DNA of 63,651 bases, the filler included, from Octopus bimaculoides (taxonomy: Eukaryota): NCBI RefSeq assembly GCF_001194135.2. It is 5 parts of 5 records of this genome, joined end to end, with 100 filler letters (N's around TTAATTAATTAA, not from the genome) between each part and the next. Parts side by side here need not be neighbours in the genome. Positions count along the whole stretch, not along the records: positions 19,745 to 32,234 come from NC_068986.1; positions 32,335 to 54,486 come from NC_068982.1; 3 more parts are not named here. The stretch is one strand, 5' to 3'. Position 1 is the stretch's first letter. Every line of letters begins with the position of its first letter. A program made the translations under genes and the position numbers. Shown in pieces: positions 27,104-40,001 of the stretch. Below the pieces are notes generated by a model, which saw only the letters and a list, made by a program, of their open reading frames with translations, ran no database searches and had not been told where the DNA came from.

Positions 27104-27334
27104 GCCCTTTTGATACCACGCAACTTGAACACGCCTTGATTCTATGATTCAAAATTTGTATTTTAAAGAGATCTAAATTAAAACCTTCCATCAAAATTTC
27201 ACATTAATTTATACTCCAAATACCAGCTTAATAATGATAAAGTTACATTACTAAATTCTTGTATTAGTTCATTATTTTCTAAACGAATGGAAGCAAAAAC
27301 AGTGTACTTCACCAGAAATATGGTAGCAATACGA
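27104..27334. mobile_element. Possible piggyBac-type MITE
   Basis: TTAA at 27100-27103 and 27335-27338; degenerate TIRs GCCCTTTTGATACCA / TGGTAGCAATACGA. Confidence 0.4.
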
Positions 27335-27341
27335 TTAAACA

Positions 27342-27734
27342 GTGGAGGCGCAATGGCCCAGTGGTAAGGGCAGCGGACTCGCAGTCATAGGATCGCGGTT
27401 TCGATTCCCAGACCGGGTGTTGTGAATGTTTATTGAGCGAAAACACCTAAAGCTCCACGAGGCTCCGGCAGGGGATGGTGGATGGCGGCGAACCCTGCTG
27501 TAGTCTTTCACCACAACTTTCTTTCACTCTTTCTTCCTATTTCTGTTGTGCCTGTAATTCAAAGGGTCAGCCTTGTCACACTGTGTCACGCTGAATATCC
27601 CCGAGAACTACGTTAAGGGTACACGTGTCTGTGGAGTGCTCAGCCACTTGCACGTTAATTTCACGAGTAGGCTGTTCCGTTGATCGGATCAACTGGAACC
27701 CTCGTCGTCGTAAGCGACGGAGTGCCAACAACAA
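27342..27734 (+). mobile_element. SINE family D, full length
   Basis: A box TGGCCCAGTGG and B box GGTTTCGATTCCC in a tRNA-like head; CAACAACAA tail; near-identical to 3881-4251. Confidence 0.9.
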
Positions 27735-28350
27735 CGAATAAGCAGTAAAATTTTTAACTGAATAATGACCAAACTATATTCTGCCAGATGATCATGTTCT
27801 CCAGTTTTGCAGATCTTTGTATAGGTTACAGGCGTTATTTCTTCTATCTGAGTTGTAAGTACTCTCACCACATACATAGTCATTTACTGATTCCAACACC
27901 GTGTTGTGCCAGATTTTCTGTATTTATTGACAGCAAGATGTCTTTAAGTCTTTGAGAATTATGTGTCATTGTCACCGCGGACAGAGCTCATTCGGCAGGC
28001 AGGTGACTTCATATCCACCCAGCCAGCTGCTGTGTCTGTTAATCTGTAAATATCAAAAATATGAAAGCAATGAAAATATAACAGTCAGGACTAATTGAAT
28101 GATAAGTTTTGAACCGATGCAGAATTATGCGTTCGTTTATGGAAAAATCTATTACTCCGCCTACAAAAATAAGAAAATAAATCAAATTAGAAACTAAAAA
28201 GAAAAAAAACACACACAATAAATTTACCAATAAAAATCGGTACATCAACTGTAAATTTTCATAACTCTAATTTGCTGTTGTCTAGAATTTTTGCAGTAAC
28301 ACTGGTTTATCAGTTTGAGAGGGAGAGACATAGCTTGAAGAGAAAGACAC

Positions 28351-28381
<31 letters not shown>

Positions 28382-29446
28382 CAGAGATAGAGAAAGAGGG
28401 AGAGAAAGAGAGACAGACAGACAGAAAAAGAAGTAGAAAAAAAAGAGATAAAGTGGAGGAAGAAGAGGGGGATGAGGAAAAAGAGTCTTAATTGCACAAG
28501 CTGTACTATGCTAATCAGATGCCATACTAAATAAATTGCCGTAAAGAAAATTTCAGAATGATGGAAGATAATTATTGGCTTTGGTCGAAGACAACGGTTG
28601 AATAGCTCAAGGGTGGCGCCACCTATGGGAAGAAAAAAAATATAATTTCTCGTCTGCTAGGATGTCATTTTGGTGATTAGTGTTCAAAACGTTTTAGTGG
28701 CGCCTATAAGTTATTCTGTAATAAGTGGCGTTGAAAACACTTCCCTGCAACGACCCATTTTGCATACATTTTGTAAAGGTTAAGCTGTAATAATCTTTTT
28801 CATACCCTCTCTGATATAACTCGTTGAATTTGATAAATTTTTTGTTGAAAATTTTCCTTGTTTTTCTCTTCTTTATTTTATTTTTCACTTATGTTTTCGC
28901 CATTTTTTCTTCTTGTCTTTTCTTTCATTTTCGTTTTCTTTTCTGTTTTCTAATTTTGTTTTGAAAGAAACTATTGTTTTCTCTTGCTTCCTAAATTGCC
29001 AAAGGCCTATTTTTGATGATCTCTCTCGGAAAAATAGCTGTGACGCATATATCACTCGTTAGGAGGTCGTTGGCAGTGTAATTGCGAACATTCANNNNNN
29101 NNNNNNNNNNNNNNNNNNNNNNNNNNNNNNNNNNNNNNNNNNNNNNNNNNNNNNNNNNNNNNNNNNNNNNNNNNNNNNNNNNNNNNNNNNNNNNNNNNNN
29201 NNNNNNNNNNNNNNNNNNNNNNNNNNNNNNNNNNNNNNNNNNNNNNNNNNNNNNNNNNNNNNNNNNNNNNNNNNNNNNNNNNNNNNNNNNNNNNNNNNNN
29301 NNNNNNNNNNNNNNNNNNNNNNNNNNNNNNNNNNNNNNNNNNNNNNNNNNNNNNNNNNNNNNNNNNNNNNNNNNNNNNNNNNNNNNNNNNNNNNNNNNNN
29401 NNNNNNNNNNNNNNNNNNNNNNNNNNNNNNNNNNNNNNNNNNNNNC

Positions 29447-29499
29447 TTCCTTCCTTCCTTCCTTCCTTCCTTCCTTCCTTCCTTCCTTTTCTGTCTTTT

Positions 29500-29537
<38 letters not shown>

Positions 29538-29711
29538 TCTTTTTCTTTTACTTCTTTTCTACTGCTTTTTCACCCTTTTTTCTTTTTCCTTCGTTCTACA
29601 TATGCACACACATGTATATTTATACATACAAACGTACATGCAGACATATACATAAGTATATATATAAAACATACGCACACATACTCACACACACATACGT
29701 TCTTGCATACA

Positions 29712-29760
<49 letters not shown>

Positions 29761-29788
29761 GTCTGTCTGTCTGTCTGTCTATCTGTCC

Positions 29789-29866
<78 letters not shown>

Positions 29867-29885
29867 ATATATATATATATATCCA
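29447..29885. repeat. (CCTT)n, (CTTT)n and (ATCT)n microsatellites
   Basis: Direct inspection. Confidence 0.9.
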
Positions 29886-30219
29886 TACGTATGCCTGTCT
29901 GTGTGTATGCATAGGTATACATATACATGCATAAGTACATAAGTACATATGTCCAATATGTGACTGAGTGACACACGTTCCGCCTGATATCTAGGCATCT
30001 ATATTTTTATCTATACCTTATCTAATTTTCTATCTACGGTTTCTCAATTTCGTTTTTCTATAAATTCTTATATGTCGCTCACTATAGTTCTACATCTTCA
30101 CATACATCACACACACGTGCGCGCGCGTGCACATACACGCATACACACATGCGCTCGCACGTGCACACACGCACACACACATATATATGAGTGTGTGTGC
30201 GTAAGCGTGTATGCAAGTA

Positions 30220-30250
<31 letters not shown>

Positions 30251-30400
30251 TAATTTTTTTTTTTTACTTGTTTCAGTCATTTGACTGCGGCCATGCTGGG
30301 GCACCGCCTTTATGTATATATGTATATATTTATATATATATATTCATATATACGCATATTCATACACACAGATATTTCCATATACATGTATATGCCTGTG

Positions 30401-30432
<32 letters not shown>

Positions 30433-30709
30433 TACATGTATATCTGTAGAGAGAGACAATGTATCCTTTATTCATATACTGTATTACTTGTTTCAGTTAT
30501 TGGATTGTGGCTAGGATTGTGCATCTCCTTAAAGGTTTTCGTCTATCAAATTAAGCCCAGTCTCTACTTTTTAAAGTATGATGCTCATTCTACTGTGTTT
30601 TTTTTTGGCGAACTTCTGAATGATGGGATGTCAGCAAAGCGTCACCGTTGTCAACAGAACTATAAATCGTCCAGTATGTAGTTATATACTGTATTTAGGG
30701 CTAAATAAG

Positions 30710-30895
30710 TGTTGTGTCGACACCTCCAGGCGAAGAAGTAGGATCTCCCAAGACATATAAATAGAGGTAGTCTGGCCGTAGTAGGTGTGTTGAGTAGCAG
30801 TCGAGTAGCTGTTGAGTAGCAGTCCAGTAGCAGTGTGTAGCGGTTGAGTAGAGATCATCAGAAGGTGCTAGATAGCAGTAGCTTGAGACATAACA
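30710..30895. mobile_element. Miniature solo-LTR-like element, copy 2 (186 bp)
   Basis: Same TGTTGTGTC...GACATAACA ends; perfect 5-bp TSD ATAAG at 30705-30709 and 30896-30900; extra GAGTAGC-type internal units. Confidence 0.88.
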
Positions 30896-31914
30896 ATAAG
30901 TAACATATAAAGAGCTATATAGTTATAGCGAATAACTTCATATCTAAGTATAGTTAATATAACATTTCATTCAGTCTTGAAGAAAAGAGGTACAACAGTG
31001 CTCTCTGAGTATTTCTGGAATTTGAAAAACAAAGTCGTCCATTGACTCCCTAGCTATTGAATATAAACATGAATATAAGATCGCTTCAAATGTCCCCTAA
31101 CAGAGAAAAACTACGTTCGACTAATAAATTCAAACTAGAATTAATCTCTTCTTACCTTCATCACAGTTTATAATTCGTATGTTTATAATTGGGGTTTTTA
31201 CACTGTAAGATGTTAACCTAAAACACAATCAATTCTCACTCGCCACTATTTATCAGTTATGTTTCTGTCTTCAGCATTTCGCTCTTTTATCTTCGTGTCT
31301 GTTTCCTTTCACCTTCCCACACCTCTTAGTTAATCTATCCTCGTTCCACGATCTTAATCTTCTAGAGTCTCACGTTCATATAAAAAGATATGCGCAAATC
31401 AGGGTTTTTTTTACGTGGATTTCATGTGGTTCATTTTAAGCAGGTTCCTCGTCTTCCAACGTCCAATATTTACAGCTGATTCATACAAGCAGTCTACATC
31501 CTTCTACCATGTTTCAGAGCAATTTGCATAGACTAATGTTCATACCAGTACCACACCACACCACGCTAATATTTCACTTTACATGTACCATTCAATTATT
31601 TATATATATAAGTTTATATTGAATGACGCAACAATAATTAATTAATAATTCAAGGATATTGACAACTTTCAACATTAACGGGAGAATACTAGAAATCTTT
31701 TGATTATATAAAAGTGAAACAAGACAAGCTGGCATCTGCACGTGAGATAAAAAGTTTAATCTTTAGGAATACACTCATTTCTCTGTCGCACCTACGAGAT
31801 CTAGAAATCTGGCAAATGTATACATTTTGAGAAAACTCTACTTCGCACCACACTCACACCACTACCAAATGAGATACGCACGCACGGACACACACACAAA
31901 CACACACACACACA

Positions 31915-32005
<91 letters not shown>

Positions 32006-32334
32006 AATGTCAGACTTGGTGCACATGACTGCGTATATAGGTGTGTGTCTGCACAGTTATGCTTATGGAGACGAAAAGCATTCCTTCACGCGATCGGCTT
32101 GAAATTTTTTTAAGATATTGAGAAATTTTTTCTTAACATGACACCAATGCTGTGTTGGGTACTAATTCTCGTCGTTCGACATTTGCGTATATATATATAT
32201 ATATTGGTGTCATGTTAAGAAAAAATTTGTCAATNNNNNNNNNNNNNNNNNNNNNNNNNNNNNNNNNNNNNNNNNNNNTTAATTAATTAANNNNNNNNNN
32301 NNNNNNNNNNNNNNNNNNNNNNNNNNNNNNNNNN

Positions 32335-32588
32335 CGGGTGGCACATAAAAGACACCATTTCGAGCGTGGCCGTTGCCAGTATCGCCTGACTGGCCTCCGT
32401 GCAGGTGACACGTAAAAGCACCTACTACACTCTCTGAGTGGTTGGCGTTAGGAAGGGCATCCAGCTGTAGAAACTCTGCCAAATTTAGATTGGAGCCTGG
32501 TGTTGCCATCCGGTTTCACCAGTCCTCAGTCAAGTCGTCCAACCCATGCTAGCATGGAAAGCGGACGTTAAACGATGATGATGATGAT
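32335..32588 (+). mobile_element. SINE family C (V-domain-like core, (GAT)n tail)
   Basis: GGTTGGCGTTAGGAAGGGCATCCAGCTGTAGAAAC resembles the V-SINE domain (recall); ends GGACGTTAAACGATGATGAT; near-identical to 51570-51850. Confidence 0.85.
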
Positions 32589-32599
32589 ATATTCAATAT

Positions 32600-32821
32600 A
32601 TCCAAATTCAGGGAATGGAGTAGATAAAATCCAGGCTACATCTCTTTCTTAGCTAGTAGAACCTCAGAAGTAGTAAATACCCAACTGAAGGGTACTCTGC
32701 TAGCTACTCATCAGGCCTGATGAGTAGCTAGCGGAATACACCTTATTTGGATAATTTCTACTTTTAAGGTTCTGCAGCTATGTAGCCTGGATTTTATCTT
32801 CTCCATTTCCTAAATTTGGAT
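32600..32821. mobile_element. 222-bp foldback (hairpin) element
   Basis: Arms ATCCAAATT..ATGGAG..GATAAAATCCAGGCTACAT / ATGTAGCCTGGATTTTATC..CTCCAT..AATTTGGAT; perfect 34-bp central palindrome at 32699-32732. Confidence 0.85.
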
Positions 32822-32865
32822 TTTTATTCACATACACAGTAACTCCAGTTGCTAAGTAGCTTGCT

Positions 32866-33275
32866 ATAGGCATAGGAGTGGCTGTGTGGTAAGTAGCTTG
32901 CCATAGGTGTAGGAGTGGCTGTGTGGTAAGTAGCTTGCTTACCAGCCACATGGTTCCGGGTTCAGTCCCACTGCGTGGCACCTTGGGCAAGTGTCTTCTA
33001 CTATAGCCTTGGGCCGACCAAAGCCTTGTGAGTGGATTTGGTAGACAGAAACTGAAAGAAGCCCGTCGTATATATGTATATATATATATGTGTTTGTGTG
33101 TTTGTGTGTTTGTCCCCCCAACATCGCTTGACAACCGATGCTGGTGTGTTCACGTCCCCGTAACAATAAGTACTAGGCTTACAAAGAATAAGTCCTGGGG
33201 TCGATTTGCTCGACTAAAGGCGGTGCCCCAGCATGGCCGCAGTGAAATGACTGAAACAAGTAAAAGAGTAAAAGA
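32866..33275 (+). mobile_element. SINE family B (CORE-type), full length with duplicated 5' head
   Basis: A box TGGCTGTGTGG twice, B box GGGTTCAGTCCC, CORE-like GGCACCTTGGGCAAGTGTCTT, internal microsatellite, GTAAAAGA tail. Confidence 0.9.
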
Positions 33276-33289
33276 GAGAGAGTATATCA

Positions 33290-33545
33290 TCATCATCAGC
33301 AGCAGCATTGTTTCGACATCCACTTTTCCCTACTTGCATGTGCCAGATGGAATTTGTTGAGGCAGATTTTCTACAGCCAGATGCCCTTCCTGTCACCAAC
33401 CTTCATCTGTTTCCCAACTAGGTGATATTTCAAAATGGTCAAACATGTTTTTGTAGAAGATTACAAACAAAGAAAACTACTTATATAATGGTGGGACTTA
33501 TTTACAGCTATTGCACAATGTCAAGTAAAGGAGACACAAACACAC
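33290..33545 (-). mobile_element. SINE family C-related element
   Basis: TTCTACAGCCAGATGCCCTTCCTGTCACCAACC; (CAT)n at the left end. Confidence 0.7.
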
Positions 33546-33557
33546 ACACACATGCAT

Positions 33558-33584
<27 letters not shown>

Positions 33585-33593
<9 letters not shown>

Positions 33594-34165
33594 GATGAGC
33601 TTCTTTCAGTTTTCCTTTCCTAAATTCTCTGAAGCCTTTGGTTGGTCAAAGGCTTAAAATAGAAGACATTTACCCAAAATGACACTGAGATTGAACCTAA
33701 AACCAAGTGATTAGGAAACAAACTTCTTAACCACACAACTCTATGGCTGTGGTAAGAAGTTTGCTTCCTAACAACATGGTTTTGAGTTCAATCCCATTGT
33801 GTAGCACCTTGGACATGTGTCTTCTACTCAAAGCCTTGGGCCAATCAAAGCCTTGTGAGGGGATTTAGTGGAAGGAAGCTAACAGAAGCCTGTCATGTAT
33901 GTATGTATGTATGTATGTATGTATGTATATGAGCGTTTGTGTTTTTGTGTTTGTACTTGTTCCCCACCACAGTTTGACAACTGGTGTTGGTTTGTTTACA
34001 TTCCCATAGCCTAATGGTTTGACAAAAGTGAATGATAGAGTAAGTACCAGGCTTAACAAAATAAAGTACTGGGGCTGATTCATTTAACTAAAAACCCTTC
34101 AAGGTGGTGCCCCAACATGGCCAGTGACTGAAACTGATAAAATATAAAAGACAAGATAAAAGATA
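33585..34165. mobile_element. Head-to-head pair of family B SINEs (minus 33585-33742, plus 33743-34165)
   Basis: GGAAACAAACTTCTTAACCACAC faces GCTGTGGTAAGAAGTTTGCTTCC across the junction; both copies are CpG-decayed. Confidence 0.75.
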
Positions 34166-35029
34166 TATAAATTGATTGAACGTAGTGTTGATTATGAATA
34201 TAGACAGCTAATTTTAATATAGAATTGTAATTTTTGTAAATCATTTTTTTTTTTGCTATAGTGATGAGCTGTCAGGTACCATGGTTGACATTCTCTCTAA
34301 TCAATGTTGATCATGCTAGTTTATTGCAGCACAGTGGAGACATCAATCAACAGTCAATACCTATATGTGATTCTATCAACCCCAGAAGAGCAGAATTTGC
34401 TAATTCTATGGTGGACGCTGAATAATAATCTGACAGTTAGCTAGGTCTGCAATTTTGGTTCCTGTTCAAACAGTAAAATCTTTCATTGCTGCCTCCCTTA
34501 AAAAGATTACATCAGGTCTTATGCCTTCAGTAGAAGCAGTTTTGTGTATGTGGCCTCCATCAACATTTTTATTCCTGGTTCATATTTGCTGTATACATAA
34601 GAAAGCATATACAGCACAAAGTAATCTCTTCTAAAAATATTTAATGTGTCATGACTGTGTATAATAAGTTTATTTACGCCTTTGGAAATGACAAAAAGAA
34701 CTCTTACAAATAGAAAATTAAAATACATACAAAAGAACAGCTGATGTAATATACTTTCTGAAAATGAAAAACAAGTTTATAGGTTTATTTTCATTGAAAG
34801 AAACACCCTGACTGGCTAGATCATTTAATGATAGTTACCTAAGCAAATCCTACTCCACTAGGTGCATGTATATGCTGACAACTTTCCCATTTGATTTGTT
34901 TCTAGTGTTGAACATACTGAGCAGTATATAGGGAAAGAACATTTATTAACCAACATTTTTCTATCAACTCAAGAATGGCTGAGTCATTTTTCTATCAACT
35001 CAAGAAAAGCTGAGATTAAAACTGTTCTT

Positions 35030-35270
35030 ATTAACTCAGGCATGACTGAGTAGTTAAAAAGTTTGCTCCTAGGTTCAATTTCATTATGTGACATCTTAGG
35101 CAAGTAACTTTAGTTTACCTTCAGGTGAACCCAAGTCTTGCAAGTGAAAGTGAAGAGATGGGAACTGTATAGAAGCCAAGAGAATGGATTGCACCTGTGA
35201 TTCAAAGGTCTAGCTTTGTCACACTGTCATGCTTATTGAAAAATATATTAAGGGATATGCTATGGAATAC
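35030..35270 (+). mobile_element. SINE family B, old
   Basis: GTGACATCTTAGGCAAGTAACTT CORE-like segment with degenerate A/B boxes. Confidence 0.55.
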
Positions 35271-36707
35271 TCTGCCACCTCACTCACTAATTCAATGAGG
35301 AGGTCGTTCAGTTGATGGAATAATTGGACACATATAGTAAAATTGACGGAAGTATCTCCCTCATTAAGAACAAAGTAAATAATAGAGGACACCATTATAC
35401 AGTGCAAAAATTATTGAATTCTAAATTCAAAAACAAGTTAAGTCTTGCTGTGAAAAAACAATAGAGTATAAGATAATTAACGATGAAAAGTAGAGAAAGT
35501 GTATGAGGCAACTAATTATAAGATTGCAATCAGAAATCATATGGTCACTGTTCTGAGTCTTGACAAACTCAGTCCTAAGTTGCAATGTTTTTGATGCTTT
35601 TAAGCAAGAACGTTCTCAATAAAACTAAACGTTTGGAATTTAACTCAAATGTGTTTTCCATAATTTCCTCTCAAAAGCTTTTTGTCAAACCTACACAAGT
35701 AGCTGATTATTATTATTATTAATGTTTTCTAAAGCATTTATTCCCAAACAAAAAGTACAAGAATTCAACAACAGTGTAATAAAATGACATGGCCTTAATA
35801 TTCTATACTAGACTTTAGACACAGAAGTCCACTGCCAGCAGGATTCAGTATATAATGCTTGAAATTAAATCAACAATAGATTTTAACAGGTTTCAGCATT
35901 AGATTTGCCTATTTTGACAGGAGTAGCTATTATTTTTGAACATCTTATCTTGATGATTTCTCAAAATGAGTAGTTCTTGACCTGATTTACTACTACCAAT
36001 TCTCAAATTTATTATTAAAGTCACAGAAAAAGAACTGAGAAAACAGCATTCTCTGATAATTATGATCTATCTTAGTAGCAGACTTTTCCAAACTTCAGAT
36101 TGAATCTAAAAGTAGGAATTCTGTTACAGTTCAACAGTGCTAAAACCAAAGACTTTGCTACTTGATCTTACAAAAAAAATTATTACTCAAACTCAAAGAT
36201 ATGAAAAATAGCTGTCTATGCTTGTCTTTGAATTGACACTTCCTGGATCACATTTACAATCTGTCTGACAGCTCAGTGCTGGACATGCTTAATGTACCTT
36301 ACTTGAAAAACAAGTAATGGCTGGAATTAGGAAGGCATGCTGCCATAGAATATTGCTTTCTTCAAGAAGTCTCATCTGCATGGGAAAAGTGGACATAAAA
36401 ATGATAACAAAATTTGTGAAAAAGGTATGAAAACATACAAATTATGGATACTACTAACATGAACACAATTTACCTGAGTAAAACCATCAGGATCTAATAA
36501 ACTGAAAATCTTAATAAATATACTTGAATGACCTAGTTATATTCTCTTAGAAATTGTGCAATATACAACTAGTAAATATATTGAACTCACAGAAGCGTAA
36601 CCTATTATGCTTCACTGTGAATACTGTCTCATGCATTTAAGTGAAGGCCACTACACTGATGACTAAAAATGCTTCTATATGAATATATCAGTGGATAAAC
36701 AATTGCT

Positions 36708-36762
36708 CGTCGTCGTCGTCGTTTAACGTCCGCTTTCCATGCTAGCATGGGTTGGACGATTT
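36708..36762 (-). mobile_element. SINE family C, 3' tail fragment
   Basis: GTCGTCGTTTAACGTCCGCTTTCCATGCTAGCATGGGTTGGACGATTT; matches the family C tail. Confidence 0.85.
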
Positions 36763-37853
36763 AATATAATTTCTGTACTTTATTAGGTATTCTTGATTAT
36801 TATATTTTCAATTTGTATTTGCTTGCTTGTTTCTTTGTACTAAGAGATACATGCTGGGGTTAAACTTCCTTGCTTAGTTACTTGATTCAAATATACAAAC
36901 AGCAACACTGATTAGTGAATAGAAGTCAGATACTCAACCATTCTTACTCAAACACTTGACTTGTAAAATCATCAATGCCCCACTAACATAAAGCAGTTTA
37001 TTTTCTATTTTCTCCTAGCAACAGTATTATTAATCTTCAATGTAAAGCTCAGAGGTGACTACTCACTAAATTTTTCCCAATACCCCCAGGAAGTAGGAGA
37101 CATTTTGTTTTTATTTATTTTTTTTTTGTTGTAAATCAGTCATCTAAGTTAACACTGAAAAAATATGACTGACCTCCAGTGATGAATTACTAAATTACTT
37201 TTAAATTTATTCTGATATTGTTGTACACATACACATATAAACAAACCATTGCACTTGTTGTTTACATTAGCTATAGTGCTTATATGTATGTGACATTTGT
37301 CACCTTGGTTTTGAGGCGAGACACCTAACTTACACTATTTCATCCAAACTAAAACAGCTGTCTAGATAGACTTTACATAATTTTTTTTTCTTTATTTTGT
37401 AGGCTGTATTTTGTACTCCATGTAAAATATCAAGCCCACAGGTGTTATCTGAATTTTTACCTATATATTGAATGGGAGCAAAAGACAAGAGCAATGGGAG
37501 AGGGAGGAGAGGTATGCAACAGTTGTAAAGCAGGGCAGAGTTGATATGTAAATGTGGAAGTGATGTATCTGGTGGTGGGAGAATAGCCAGTGGGGCATAA
37601 ATTGGAAAAGGTAGAAGGGTGTAAGAACACAGCAGGAGAGACCAGAAGGATAGCACTGATGATATAGTTGATAGGGGAGGACAAGTAAGAGGTAACATGT
37701 GGTTGGTTAAGCTCAGAGGAAGAGGAGAGAAAGGAAGCTGTAGTGCATGAGGAGAGATAATTTGGAGGTCCATATATCTAGCAATCTACCTATCTATCTC
37801 TGTCTGCCTGTCTGCCTGCCTCTCTGTCTGTCTGTCTCTCTCTCTATCTATCA

Positions 37854-37903
<50 letters not shown>

Positions 37904-37913
37904 TTATCTATCA

Positions 37914-37984
<71 letters not shown>

Positions 37985-38173
37985 ATAAGGGCATTACTAT
38001 ATGGTAATGCCTCATGCTTAGAGGGACTAAATAAGTCAAAACTACCAAAAAATAAGCACATATTTACCGAAAGCAAGGGAATGCAACTTTCAAAAATTAA
38101 CCTCCTAAAAACATTTAACTTAACGGCAAACCACTGGTTTCATAATTAATGCAGCAATGTAGTAAGCTGCATC

Positions 38174-38211
<38 letters not shown>

Positions 38212-38697
38212 NNNNNNNNNNNNNNNNNNNNNNNNNNNNNNNNNNNNNNNNNNNNNNNNNNNNNNNNNNNNNNNNNNNNNNNNNNNNNNNNNNNNNNNNN
38301 NNNNNNNNNNNNNNNNNNNNNNNNNNNNNNNNNNNNNNNNNNNNNNNNNNNNNNNNNNNNNNNNNNNNNNNNNNNNNNNNNNNNNNNNNNNNNNNNNNNN
38401 NNNNNNNNNNNNNNNNNNNNNNNNNNNNNNNNNNNNNNNNNNNNNNNNNNNNNNNNNNNNNNNNNNNNNNNNNNNNNTCGTTTTTTTCCATAAATATATA
38501 TAATTTATATAAGGGCATTACTATATAGTAATGCCTCATGCTTAGAGGGACTAAATAAGTCAAAACTACCAAAAAATAAGCACATATTTACCGAAAGCAA
38601 GGGAATGCAACTTTCAAAAATTAACCTCCTAAAAACATTTAACTTAACGGCAAACCACTGGTTTCATAATTAATGCAGCAATGTAGTAAGCTGCATC

Positions 38698-38740
<43 letters not shown>

Positions 38741-38879
38741 GTTTTGATATCCAGAAGACCCAAAAGGCAGGTAAGGCTACGTAAGTGCTACAGAAGTACC
38801 ACTGATAGATCCCTGGTTCAATAATTGTATGAGTGAGGAGTTTAATGGGGGTCATGTGTGAGCATGTATATGTTAAATA

Positions 38880-39300
38880 AAATGAGACAACAAAGCCAAG
38901 GCAGTGGGAAATTTCTAGGACATTTATAAAGAGAAAGGTAGTTTTACAGCTGTTTCAGGGATATAAAAGATATCCCATCATCAGAGGTGATATGAGACAG
39001 TTGAATAGAAGGAAATAGTAGAGTTCAACATAAGAAGTTATTTTGGAAAGGGAGAGATATAAGAAGTACAAAGAGAAGTACGTGGATGAAAAAGTATATG
39101 TTGAATGTTATGTTAAAGTTCTCGTTCCATTATCCAAGGAATGTGCTGTGTAGAAAAAGTAGAGAGGATTCTTGTTCATGGTATGTAAATTCCGATAGGA
39201 GTTCATATTTTGTTATTACAGATGGATAGTTTGCAGATATTAATTCCATGTGCTGTTTATTCAAAGGGATCTTGTAGTGTAAATGAAATTTTGAGAATAT
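38880..39300 (-). mobile_element. Penelope-like 3'-end/pLTR unit A
   Basis: Homologous to unit B; carries a hammerhead motif and a sequence resembling a decayed GIY-YIG C-terminus. Confidence 0.65.
38941..38988 (-). ncRNA. Minimal type I hammerhead ribozyme, degenerate
   Basis: CTGATGA t GGGATA-tctttta-TATCCC t GAAA CAGCTG TA; stem II closing pair T.T and stem I eroded. Confidence 0.7.
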
Positions 39301-39840
39301 ACTGGAAGGGTAAGTAGATTGAGAGAAGGGAATAGATAAGTATGTTAAAAGGAAGAAAAATGGTATTGGTCAAAAGGATTAGGAGAGGAAAGAAGAAAGA
39401 AAAAAAGAGGAAGAAAAAAGGAAGAAGGTGTGTTAGATGGTGGTCAAGATGTTGTGAAGGGGTAGAGAGAAGAGAGCTACCAGAAGATAAAAGGAATAGG
39501 AGGAGGGATAGAAGGAAGAGACAAGAATGTAAAGAAGGAATATGTGTGAGAAGTGGGGGNNNNNNNNNNNNNNNNNNNNNNNNNNNNNNNNNGGGGGGGG
39601 GGGGGTGAGAGGTTATGTTTGAAAGGGCACTAGGGTGGAGAGACAAATAAAGAATGTGGTACAGAGGTGGGTATTATAAATGAGTAGGAAATCACAAAAG
39701 GGAAGAATAAGAAGATATAAGGGTCAAGTTTCTAGAAATAGTTGTAGACAATTATATGAACTCAGAGATTGTACTAGCTAAAGTGATAGCGGGGACTGAT
39801 AAAAAGGTGAAAGAAAAATATGTATATAGATATACACATA

Positions 39841-39880
<40 letters not shown>

Positions 39881-39964
39881 AATGGGTATAAGTACTGTTA
39901 TATAGGCCGGCATACTCACACATGTATACATACATATGTATCTATACATATATGCATAGAAGTG

Positions 39965-39994
<30 letters not shown>

Positions 39995-40001
<7 letters not shown>

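Noticed and set aside
27342-27420. tRNA-like sequences with A and B boxes (also 22295, 32870, 47745)
   Set aside because: No complete cloverleaf or acceptor stem; they continue into SINE bodies.
37971-38735. About 230-bp direct duplication either side of a gap, with a 22-bp palindrome (38514-38535)
   Set aside because: The copies differ at one base and straddle an N gap; most likely two haplotypes or an unmerged overlap.
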